Positions 1 to 12,400 of a stretch of DNA of 64,000 nt are shown here, one piece after another. Each line of letters begins with the position of its first letter. Positions within the stretch are counted from its first letter, which is position 1. The notes under the pieces were generated by a model. It searched no databases. It saw nothing but the letters and a program-made list of their open reading frames with translations, and was not told the DNA's origin. The stretch comes from an uncultured bacterium (GTDB lineage Bacteria > Babelota > Babeliae > Babelales > Vermiphilaceae), in NCBI GenBank assembly GCA_963695335.1, contig OY968764.1:960001-1024000 (forward strand), written 5' to 3'. Position numbers and translations under genes: made by a program.

Positions 1-32
1 GAAAAACATCGAAAGACATAAGATTGCTTCAT
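1..32 (-). CDS. 5' end of a divergently transcribed gene running off the window (MKQSYVFRCF...)
   Basis: The minus strand reads aaaaggagaaattgATGaagcaatct, i.e. an AGGAG Shine-Dalgarno just upstream of ATG at 32. The frame stays open to the window edge. Confidence 0.55.
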   Translation of the reverse strand, partial: MKQSYVFRCF

Positions 33-160
33 CAATTTCTCCTTTTTTTATAAAAAATAGTTATTTTGAGCATTAAAATTTATTTAAACAAAAAAAAGAT
101 TGTAAATTCAATGGTTTTTTTGTTTAAATAAATCAAATTACTACGTTGTTATTTTTTTAA

Positions 161-3301
<3,141 letters not shown>

Positions 3302-3371
3302 AATCACCCTTTTTTGTTTGTATGAATTCATTGGTACGTTTTATTTTCATACAAATAAAAAAGGGTTTTTT

Positions 3372-6300
3372 ATGAATCGAATGAGGTTGTCGAATTGTTT
3401 TTCTTTATTTGTTGTATTGGCATTATTGATATCACCATTGTCTATCGTCGCAACAAATAATACCATACGAGTTCAAGGTTTATTATCAGTTAATGATCAG
3501 ACTGTGCAAAATATAACTGCTGTTAATTTGTCAGTCACGGATGAGATAGTTCAAAATTCAACTATTGGTACCGTATCAGCAACTGATGCAATAGTAGGCA
3601 ATATCTCTATTACAACAGTATCAGTGACAGATCTTATTGCGCAAAATATACAGGCAGTGGATGAAACAGTTACTGGAACATTATCAGCGAATGATGCAGT
3701 TGTTGCAACTACGCTTCAGTTTCAAGATTCAAGTACGGATTTTATAGGTATTCAAGCACCAGCAACTGTATCAAGTTATACCGTAACATTACCAGCAGTA
3801 GCACCAGCAGTGAATCAAGTGTTACGTGGTGGCCCAACAACGGCATCAAATTTGGTATGGATAACGGAAGGTGGATCAATTGCTCCTGCAGCAAGTCAGA
3901 CTATTTATGTTACAAAATATGGTAATGATACCACGGGTAATGGATCTTTTGATACACCATATTTAACACTTTCCAAAGCAATAGAGGCCGCTAATCTTAT
4001 TGCTTCTGCATCAAATCCTGTTGCTATTATGATGAGTTCAGGTACGTATGTTGAAGATAATAGTAGCAATCCGCTTGAAATAACTATAGCAGGGGTGTCC
4101 ATTGTAGGTGCTTCTCCTAATAGTGTCATTATTCAACCAAATACGCCAGCCAATGATTTTATTTTGATTGACAATACAACGCGTATTGCGAATGTCACAT
4201 TTAGCTCTTCTTCACCAGATGCAATAGGCCTTTCTCTTGCAGCAGGTAATTTATCTATATTTACTAATGTGCATATTGAAAATTTTCTTATTGGTGTTAA
4301 TTGTGCTGGAGGAGCATCACAATCATATGGTTTTGATTTATGTTTTTTTGTTGATAATGGCACAGCGCTTAATGTTAATGATACACGTGTTGAATGCAAT
4401 AGTTGTACCTTTTTTGGGACATCATCATTAAGTACTTCAGCAAATACAGGTGTTAATGTAACAGGAGCAGCTGCTAATGTTGTGATTGATGGTGGTGTGG
4501 TTGGTGTATGTTCAACTGGTATGAGTTTTGTTAATAATGCAGTGAGCACTGTTTCAAGCGTAAGTTTTAGACTTAATGATTTTGATGTTGTGCAAAGTGG
4601 CTCATCATATATGGCTTTAACTGGGTGTAACTTTGAATTAACAAGTGCATCAACAGATATTGATATTCAAGTTAGTGGAGCTGGTACCATCGCTGAAATT
4701 GTGGGTTGTGAATTTAATGGTCTGAGTACATCAAGTGTTGCTCAAGGCACGAGTATAAAAGTTACTGATGGCGCAATTGCTTATATGAGTGGTGGTACCA
4801 TACATGATTATACAACAGGGATACAAGATGGTTTATCAACAGATACATCTTCAACATTTGTTAATGCAACCGCAGTTATTATTCATGACTGTACAACTGA
4901 TATTATTCAAAATGGTACAACTACATTAAATGTTAATGCGAGTACAGCTTCAAGTTCACAGATTAGTATTAATGATTCAACCAATGTTAATATGGCGTTT
5001 TTTGATTTGGATGATAATAATGCATTGACTATTGGATCATATGCAAATCAAAATACAACGTTATTGCAAGCTGGGATTAACAGTTCAACTAATCCAGAAA
5101 TACAGTATCAATCATCACTTTATTCAACAGAAGGTATAGGATTTTATAATCCAGGAGCAAGTGCTTCTTCGTTATTTATTCAATCTTCTGATAATGCAAA
5201 TCTAACAGCAATTACTACCGACAACACTGATGTAGCAGGATTAAGATTAGTTTCTGATACAGGTTCTCCTGTTGGTGGTACATCAGCATTGCGTGGTTGG
5301 GATATTAATAAAAATGCATCTACTGCAGAACTTTCATTCAGCTTCCAAAATAGTGATGTGTCTGATAGTGAACCAGTAGTAACAGAATTCACTGTTATGC
5401 AGCTTGATGGATTTAATAACCTTGTGCAATTACCAACAGCTGGAACAAAAATTGTATTTGATAGCGATACAAATCTCTATAGAAGTGCTGCAAATGTTTT
5501 AAAAACTGATAGCAATTTTATTGTGGGTACATTAACATCGGGTACTGCAGTGATCACTGATCCATCAACCAATGAACTTGAATCAAGCGTAACAACTTCT
5601 ACTGAACTCAGCTATGTCCACGGTGTGACGTCGTCGATTCAAACACAGATTAATAGTAAAGTTGCAAAAGCTGGTGACACTATGACTGGTACATTGGTAT
5701 TACCTGCAGGGTCTGCTGCTGCTCCATCATTACAATTTACTGGCAGTACAAACACAGGACTTTCTGCAGCAACAGCAAACACATTGTCTTTCGATGTCAG
5801 TGGATCAGAACAGATGAATATCAGTTCATCTGGTATTACTATCGATGCATTCAGTACTGCTGGTGTAGTTCATAACAGTTCATCTGGCTTATTAAGTAGT
5901 TCATTAATTGTTGATGCAGATATCACTGCTGCAACAATTACTAATGATAAATTAGCTGATATCTCAAGCTCTAATGTACCTGGCGATATTGTTGTCCGTG
6001 ATTCTTCAGGTAATTTCCAAACAAATATGATAACTATTTTTGGTACGACAACAAATAACACCGATGTTGCCACTAAAGCATATGTTGATACTGCCGTGAC
6101 TACCGGTATTATTCCTCATACTCCTTGTGTTGTGGTGAGTACAAGCAATGTTGCTTTAACAGGATTACAAACGATAGACGGTGTAACAGTTGTAGCAAAT
6201 GACCGTGTTCTTCTTGTTGGTCAAACAAATGAAGTACAAAATGGTATTTGGCTTGCTCAAAGTAGTGCATGGACATCTCCAACTGATTGGGTTTCAGGAG

Positions 6301-9224
6301 ATGAGGCCGGTGCAGCATATGTACTTATTACAGAAGGAACAGATAATGCTGGATCAAGTTGGTTATGTAGTACGCCAACAGCAATCATTGGTACTGATGA
6401 TGTAACATTTGTAGAATTTAGTTTACCAAGTGCTACAACTGGTAATAACGTTGGTGGTGGATCAGGGCAAGTGTACCAAAGCAAATCAGGTGTTACGTTA
6501 AACTTTAGAACATTAAGTGTTGCTGATGCATATATGTCTATTGTTACCAATAGTGATAATGTTGGATTTAGTACAAATGCGACAAGCGCAAATACAGCAA
6601 ACGAGATTGTTGCTCGTGATAGTTCAGGGAATTTTTCTGCTGGTACTATTACTGCAAGTTTAACTGGACATGCATCACTTGATTTACCTCTGACGGGAGG
6701 CACATTGACTGGTACATTAATAGTACCAGCAGGAACGGTTGCTGCACCATCAATTGAATTCACTGGCAGTAGCACTGGAACGGGTATATCAGCATCGGTA
6801 GCGGATACACTTTCTTTTGATATTGCAGGATCTGAACAGATGAATATTAGTTCCTCAGGTGTTGTTGTGGATGGAAGTTTGTCAGTCGGAGATGCAGCTG
6901 TTACTGACAGTTTACAAATTAATTCATTAAGTACTGGTGTTCTTCACAGTGATAGTTCAGGTAATATAACAAGTTCATTAATTGTTGATGCAGATATTAC
7001 TGCTGCAACAATTACTAACGATAAATTGGCAAATATTTCTAGCTCTAATGTTGCTAATGATATTGTCGTTCGTGATGGTTCAGGAAATTTTGCTGCCGGT
7101 ACAATCACTGCAAGTTTAACTGGCGCAGCATCATTAAACGTTCTTAAAGCTGGTGACACCATGACAGGTACTTTACAATTACCTGCAGGAACAACAGCAT
7201 TACCTTCACTTGTGTTTACAGGAAGCACAACAACAGGGTTATCTGCTACTTCAGGAACATTATCATTTAGTACTAGTGGTGCTGAAGCGATGGGTATTAC
7301 GCCAGCAGGGGTTGTTTATATTGATGCATTTACTATAGCGGGTGTTGTGCATAATGATGCTTCTGGTAATCTATCGAGTTCATTAATTGTAAATGCCGAT
7401 GTTGCCGCAAATGCATCGATTATCGATTCTAAACTTGCTACTATTAGCACAACAGGTAAAGTAGCAAACTCTGCAACAACTGCAACAAGCGCCAATACAC
7501 CAAGCACTATTGTATTGCGTGATGTGAACGGCAACTTTTCTGCTAATGCAGTAAGTTTTAATGATGCGGTTATAGGAACTCTTACGATTGCAAGTGTTGT
7601 AGACAATTTAACAATAACAGAACTGTCAGCTACTGATATTGTAGTGAGTGGAAATCTATCTGCTCAAGACGAAGTAATTAACGGAACACTACAGATCGCT
7701 TTATTAACTCCTGCCGGAGTTGTACATAATGATGCATCAGGATTACTTTCAACTTCTCTTATCGTAAACGCTGACGTGTCAACGTCAGCTGGAATTGTTG
7801 ATTCTAAATTAGCTACAATAAGTACAGCAGGTAAAGTTGCTAACTCTGCAACAACTGCAACAAGTGCAAATACGGCAAGTGCTATTGTTGCTCGTGACAG
7901 TTCAGGAAATTTCTCTGCAGGTACAATCACTGCAAGTTTAAGTGGTAACGCAACAACCGCAACAACTGCAACTAATTTCTCTGGATCATTAAGTGGTGAT
8001 GTAACTGGAACCCAAAGTGCAACAGTGGTTAGTTTTGTTGGAGGACAAACTGCTGCCAATGTTGCTGCCGCAACAGTTCTTGCTAATGCTGCTACAAACC
8101 TTGATACGGTGAGCACCATAGTAAAACGTGACAGTAATGGTAATTTTGCAGCTTCAATTATCAGTATGACTGATGGTGTTCACAGCGGCAATCTTGTTTT
8201 AAGTACAGAACCAAGCACATCATCAGCAGGTAATATCTTAAAAGGTTCAAATAGATTTATTCATGATTATGGAACAGCAAATACTTTTGTTGGTATTAAT
8301 GCAGGTAATTTTAGCATGGCAGGTTCAGGTAATAATACTGCTATGGGTAATAGTGTATTAACCGCAAATACAACGGGTGCTTATAATACTGCAATGGGTT
8401 CACAGGCGTTAAATGCAAATACCATTGGTATTGATAATACAGCAATTGGATATAATGCATTAGCAGCAAGTACAACGGGTACAGATAATACAGCAATCGG
8501 TTATGGTGCCCTTGCTGCAAATACAACAGGAACCAGTTTTAATACTGCTGTGGGTAGTGGCGCATTAACGGTAAATACAACAGGCGCTGATAATACAGCG
8601 CTTGGTTATCAAGCATTAACAGCAAATGTTACTGGATCAAGTAATATTGCGCTTGGTTATCAAGCAGGACAATCATTAGTATCAGGAAGTGGTAATATTT
8701 ATATTAATGCTGATGCTGGTAGTTCCTCAGAAAGCAATGCCACACGAATTGGTACATCACAAACCAGTTGCTTTATTGCAGGGCTTGATATAGGAGTATC
8801 TGGAGATGCAGTTGTTGTGGATACTACAACTGGTCAGCTTGGTATAACATTATCATCAAGACGATTTAAAAACAGTATAGAAGATATGGGTGAATTATCA
8901 TCAAGTATATTTAAATTACGCCCTGTTACTTTTATATACAATAATGATGTAACAGAAAATATACAATATGGATTGATTGCTGAAGAAGTTGATCAACATT
9001 TCCCATACATTGTTACTAAAGATGAGAATGGATTACCATATACGATTCGTTATCATTTGTTGCCAGTATTATTGCTTAATGAATTACAAAAACAACATGT
9101 AACTATTGAAAATATGAAAAAACAATATGTAACCGTAGAAGAAATGAATAATGCAATCAGTAGCTTGAAAGCAGAAATAAATAATTTTATACAACATTCT
9201 GATAGCGAAGAAATAAGTGCATAA
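3372..9224 (+). CDS. Giant secreted fibre/adhesin-like protein 2 (~1950 aa) with one DUF1565/beta-helix module and C-terminal peptidase S74 chaperone
   Basis: Start moved from 3294 to the ATG at 3372, which follows SD aaaggg, precedes a hydrophobic leader and removes the overlap with gene 1. Motifs: IYVTKYGNDTTGNGSFDTPYLTLSKAI, GLQTIDGV..NDRVLLVGQT..QNGIW, SSRRFKNSIEDM...YGLIAEEV. Confidence 0.85.
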   Translation: MNRMRLSNCFSLFVVLALLISPLSIVATNNTIRVQGLLSVNDQTVQNITAVNLSVTDEIVQNSTIGTVSATDAIVGNISITTVSVTDLIAQNIQAVDETVTGTLSANDAVVATTLQFQDSSTDFIGIQAPATVSSYTVTLPAVAPAVNQVLRGGPTTASNLVWITEGGSIAPAASQTIYVTKYGNDTTGNGSFDTPYLTLSKAIEAANLIASASNPVAIMMSSGTYVEDNSSNPLEITIAGVSIVGASPNSVIIQPNTPANDFILIDNTTRIANVTFSSSSPDAIGLSLAAGNLSIFTNVHIENFLIGVNCAGGASQSYGFDLCFFVDNGTALNVNDTRVECNSCTFFGTSSLSTSANTGVNVTGAAANVVIDGGVVGVCSTGMSFVNNAVSTVSSVSFRLNDFDVVQSGSSYMALTGCNFELTSASTDIDIQVSGAGTIAEIVGCEFNGLSTSSVAQGTSIKVTDGAIAYMSGGTIHDYTTGIQDGLSTDTSSTFVNATAVIIHDCTTDIIQNGTTTLNVNASTASSSQISINDSTNVNMAFFDLDDNNALTIGSYANQNTTLLQAGINSSTNPEIQYQSSLYSTEGIGFYNPGASASSLFIQSSDNANLTAITTDNTDVAGLRLVSDTGSPVGGTSALRGWDINKNASTAELSFSFQNSDVSDSEPVVTEFTVMQLDGFNNLVQLPTAGTKIVFDSDTNLYRSAANVLKTDSNFIVGTLTSGTAVITDPSTNELESSVTTSTELSYVHGVTSSIQTQINSKVAKAGDTMTGTLVLPAGSAAAPSLQFTGSTNTGLSAATANTLSFDVSGSEQMNISSSGITIDAFSTAGVVHNSSSGLLSSSLIVDADITAATITNDKLADISSSNVPGDIVVRDSSGNFQTNMITIFGTTTNNTDVATKAYVDTAVTTGIIPHTPCVVVSTSNVALTGLQTIDGVTVVANDRVLLVGQTNEVQNGIWLAQSSAWTSPTDWVSGDEAGAAYVLITEGTDNAGSSWLCSTPTAIIGTDDVTFVEFSLPSATTGNNVGGGSGQVYQSKSGVTLNFRTLSVADAYMSIVTNSDNVGFSTNATSANTANEIVARDSSGNFSAGTITASLTGHASLDLPLTGGTLTGTLIVPAGTVAAPSIEFTGSSTGTGISASVADTLSFDIAGSEQMNISSSGVVVDGSLSVGDAAVTDSLQINSLSTGVLHSDSSGNITSSLIVDADITAATITNDKLANISSSNVANDIVVRDGSGNFAAGTITASLTGAASLNVLKAGDTMTGTLQLPAGTTALPSLVFTGSTTTGLSATSGTLSFSTSGAEAMGITPAGVVYIDAFTIAGVVHNDASGNLSSSLIVNADVAANASIIDSKLATISTTGKVANSATTATSANTPSTIVLRDVNGNFSANAVSFNDAVIGTLTIASVVDNLTITELSATDIVVSGNLSAQDEVINGTLQIALLTPAGVVHNDASGLLSTSLIVNADVSTSAGIVDSKLATISTAGKVANSATTATSANTASAIVARDSSGNFSAGTITASLSGNATTATTATNFSGSLSGDVTGTQSATVVSFVGGQTAANVAAATVLANAATNLDTVSTIVKRDSNGNFAASIISMTDGVHSGNLVLSTEPSTSSAGNILKGSNRFIHDYGTANTFVGINAGNFSMAGSGNNTAMGNSVLTANTTGAYNTAMGSQALNANTIGIDNTAIGYNALAASTTGTDNTAIGYGALAANTTGTSFNTAVGSGALTVNTTGADNTALGYQALTANVTGSSNIALGYQAGQSLVSGSGNIYINADAGSSSESNATRIGTSQTSCFIAGLDIGVSGDAVVVDTTTGQLGITLSSRRFKNSIEDMGELSSSIFKLRPVTFIYNNDVTENIQYGLIAEEVDQHFPYIVTKDENGLPYTIRYHLLPVLLLNELQKQHVTIENMKKQYVTVEEMNNAISSLKAEINNFIQHSDSEEISA

Positions 9225-9241
9225 AATAATTACTGAATAAA

Positions 9242-9281
9242 AAACAGAAGGACTCTTGTTAATGCAAGGGTCTTTTTGTTT
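9242..9281 (+). terminator. Rho-independent terminator after fibre gene 2
   Basis: aaacagaaggactcttg-ttaatg-caagggtctttttgttt hairpin with T tract. Confidence 0.7.
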
Positions 9282-9300
9282 ATATAAGTTCAATTGTTCA

Positions 9301-9385
9301 CGTTCGTATGTTTCGACAAGCTCAACACGAACGGAATAAAAATTCATATTCCCGTTCGCACTGAGCTTGTCGAAGTGAGCGAACG
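9301..9385. repeat. REP-like palindromic repeat, inverted pair (core TGAGCTTGTCGAA)
   Basis: 9301-9334 and 9352-9385 are inverted copies of CCGTTCG-nnn-TGAGCTTGTCGAA-nnnnn-CGAAC. The same unit recurs at 53780-53850. Confidence 0.85.
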
Positions 9386-9405
9386 AAAATTAAAAAAGGG
9401 TATTT

Positions 9406-12400
9406 ATGACTCATTCACGTTTATATCGTTTTTTTTCTTTTTTAATATCATTATCACTTTTATTATCACCAATACCAGTCACTGCAATCATGCAAGATTC
9501 ACCTGTGATTACTATATCAGATTTAGAAACTGAATTAGGCATGCAATATTTTCAGTATGATGAAACCATAGCAAGGCCATTTACCAATATCATTCAAGTG
9601 CAAGGCCTATTATCAGTGAATGATGAACTTGTGCAAAATATTACTGCAGTTAATCTATCAGTCACGGATGAAATTGTTCAAAATTCAACGATTGGCACTA
9701 TATCAGCAACAGATGCAATATTAAGCAATGTTACGATTACAACCTTATCAATAACAGATCTTATTGCACAAAATATCCAGGCAACAAATATTTCTGTTGT
9801 TGATGAAACAGTTACTGGAACATTATCAGCAAATGATGAGGTAATTAATAGTTATCTTAATTTTAAGGCCAGTTCAAATTATGTTGGTCTTCAAGCACCA
9901 ACATCTGTTTCAACAAGTTATACCTTGTCATTGCCATCAGCAGTACCTGCTGCAAGTCAGGTAATTCGAGCAAATGCAACAACACCAACAAATCTAGAAT
10001 GGGCAACTGATAGTGCATTTGTGACTCCTGCAAATAGCCAAACAATTTATGTTGCAGTGTATGGCAATGATACGACTGGTAATGGATCATTGGCAACTCC
10101 TTACGCGACAGTTGCTAAGGCAATTAGTATTGCAAACGGTCTTGCATCAAGTTCAACTCCTATTACCATTTCAATAGGTACTGGTATTTATGTAGAAGAT
10201 AATAGCGTGAGTCCTTTGACTGTCACTGCCGATGGTATTGCAATTATTGGTCAAGTATCTAGCAATGTTATTTTAATGCCTAATACGCCAGCAAATGATT
10301 TTATGTTAGTTAATGCACCTGTGCATATTTCTGATGTAACATTTGAATCATCTAATCCTTTAGCTACAGGACTTACCTTAGCGTCAGGTAGTTTTACTGC
10401 CGTTATTAATGTAGATTTTGTTAATTTTCTTGTGGGTGCTGAATGCGTAGGAAGCCCAAGTAATTCATACGGTTTTATTAACTGTTTTTTTGCTGATAAT
10501 GGAACAGGGTTAATGGTAAGTAATGCGTATGTTTCTGTTCAGGATATTACGCTTTTTGGTACATCATCACCATCTGGGCCGAGCGCTAATAATGCTATTA
10601 CAGTAACAGGATCCGGTGCTAATTTGGTAATAAATGGTGGTGTAATAGCATTATGTAATACAGGTATTACATTAGTAAGCAATGCAACATCAACTATTAG
10701 TAGTCTTGCATTTAGACTTAATACATTTGACATTAATCAGAGTGGCGCATCTAATTTGGCACTTTCTGCATGCACATTCCAATTGACAACGGGATCATCG
10801 GATATTGAAATACAGGTCAGTGGTGCGGGTACCATTGCTGAAATAGTAGGTTGTCAATTTGATGGTAGTAGTCAATTGGGAACTCCGGAAGGGATGGGTA
10901 TTCAAGTTACCGATAACGCTTCTGTTAATCTTACTAGCGGAAGTATGTCTAATTATACCACTGCTTTAAGTGTAGGACTTTCAACTGATACAGCTTCTAC
11001 ATCTCTGATAGCATCATCATTTATTCTGACCAATTCCACCAATGATATTGTACAACAAGGTTCTGCATCTTTAAATGTTAATGCGAGTACAGCTTCAAGT
11101 TCAAAGATTAGTATTAATGATTCAACAAATGTTTATATGGCATTTTTTGATTTGGATGATAATAATGCATTGACTATTGGATCATATGCAAATCAGGATA
11201 CAACATTATTGCAAGCTGGGATTAACAGTTCAACTAATCCAGAAATACAGTATCAATCATCACTTTATTCAACAGAAGGCATAGGATTTTATAATCCAGG
11301 AGCAAGTGCATCTTCACTGTTTGTTCAATCTTCTGAAAATGCAAATCTTACTGCGGTAACCACTTCAATAACTGATGTAGCAAGTTTAAGATTAGTTTCT
11401 GATACCGGTTCTCCAGTTGGTGGTACGTCTGCATTACGTGGTTGGGACATTAATAAAAATGCATCTACAGCAGAACTTTCATTCAGTTTCCAAAATAGTG
11501 ATGTATCTGATAGTGAACCAGTAGTAACCGAATTCAGTGTTATGCAACTCGATGGTTTTAATAATCTTGTGCAATTACCAACAGCTGGTACAAAAATTGT
11601 ATTTGATGGTGATACCAATCTTTATAGAAGTGCTGCAAATGTTTTAAAAACTGATAGTAACTTTATTGTTGGTACGCTCACAGCAAGCCGTGCTGTTGTA
11701 ACTGATGGTAGTGATCAACTTGCATCAAGTGCAACTACCGCAACTGAAATTGGTTATGTATCTGGTGTAACTTCATCAATTCAAACCCAAATTAATAGCA
11801 AAGTTGCAAAAGCTGGTGATACTATGACAGGTGCATTAATACTACCAGCAGGTTCAGCAGCTGCTCCATCATTACAATTTACCGGTAGTACAAACACAGG
11901 CCTTTCTGCGGCAACAGCAAATGTGCTTTCATTTGATGTGAGTGGTTCAGAAAAAATGAACCTGAGTTCATCAGGTTTAACTATTGATGCATTTAGTACT
12001 GCAGGAGTTGTGCATAATAGTTCTGCAGGATTATTGTCATCTTCATTAATTGTTGATGCTGATATTACCACTGCAACCATTACTAATGATAAATTAGCAA
12101 ATATATCAAGTTCTAATGTGCCAGGTGATATTGTTGTTCGCGATGGTTCAGGTAATTTTGCAACAAATGAAATTACTATAAATGGTACTGTTACTAATCC
12201 TACCGATGCAGCAACAAAAGCTTATGTTGATGCCGCAGTATCTACAGGACTTGTTGCACATACTCCTTGTGTTGTTGTAAGTACAACTGATATTGGTTCT
12301 CCACCAAGTGGACCGGAAACTATTGATGGTTATACGGTGATGACAGGAGATCGTGTTCTTTTGGTTGGTCAAACTAATGAAGTATATAATGGCATTTGGC

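Noticed and set aside
9301..9385. CRISPR array
   Set aside because: The units are inverted pairs at scattered loci, not direct repeats with unique spacers, and there are no cas genes.
9084..9533. Short ORFs 9084-9347 (-), 9294-9533 (+) and 53803-54186 (+)
   Set aside because: They translate through the REP-like palindromes (VRTELVEV / SFDKLRTNG peptides) and overlap real genes.
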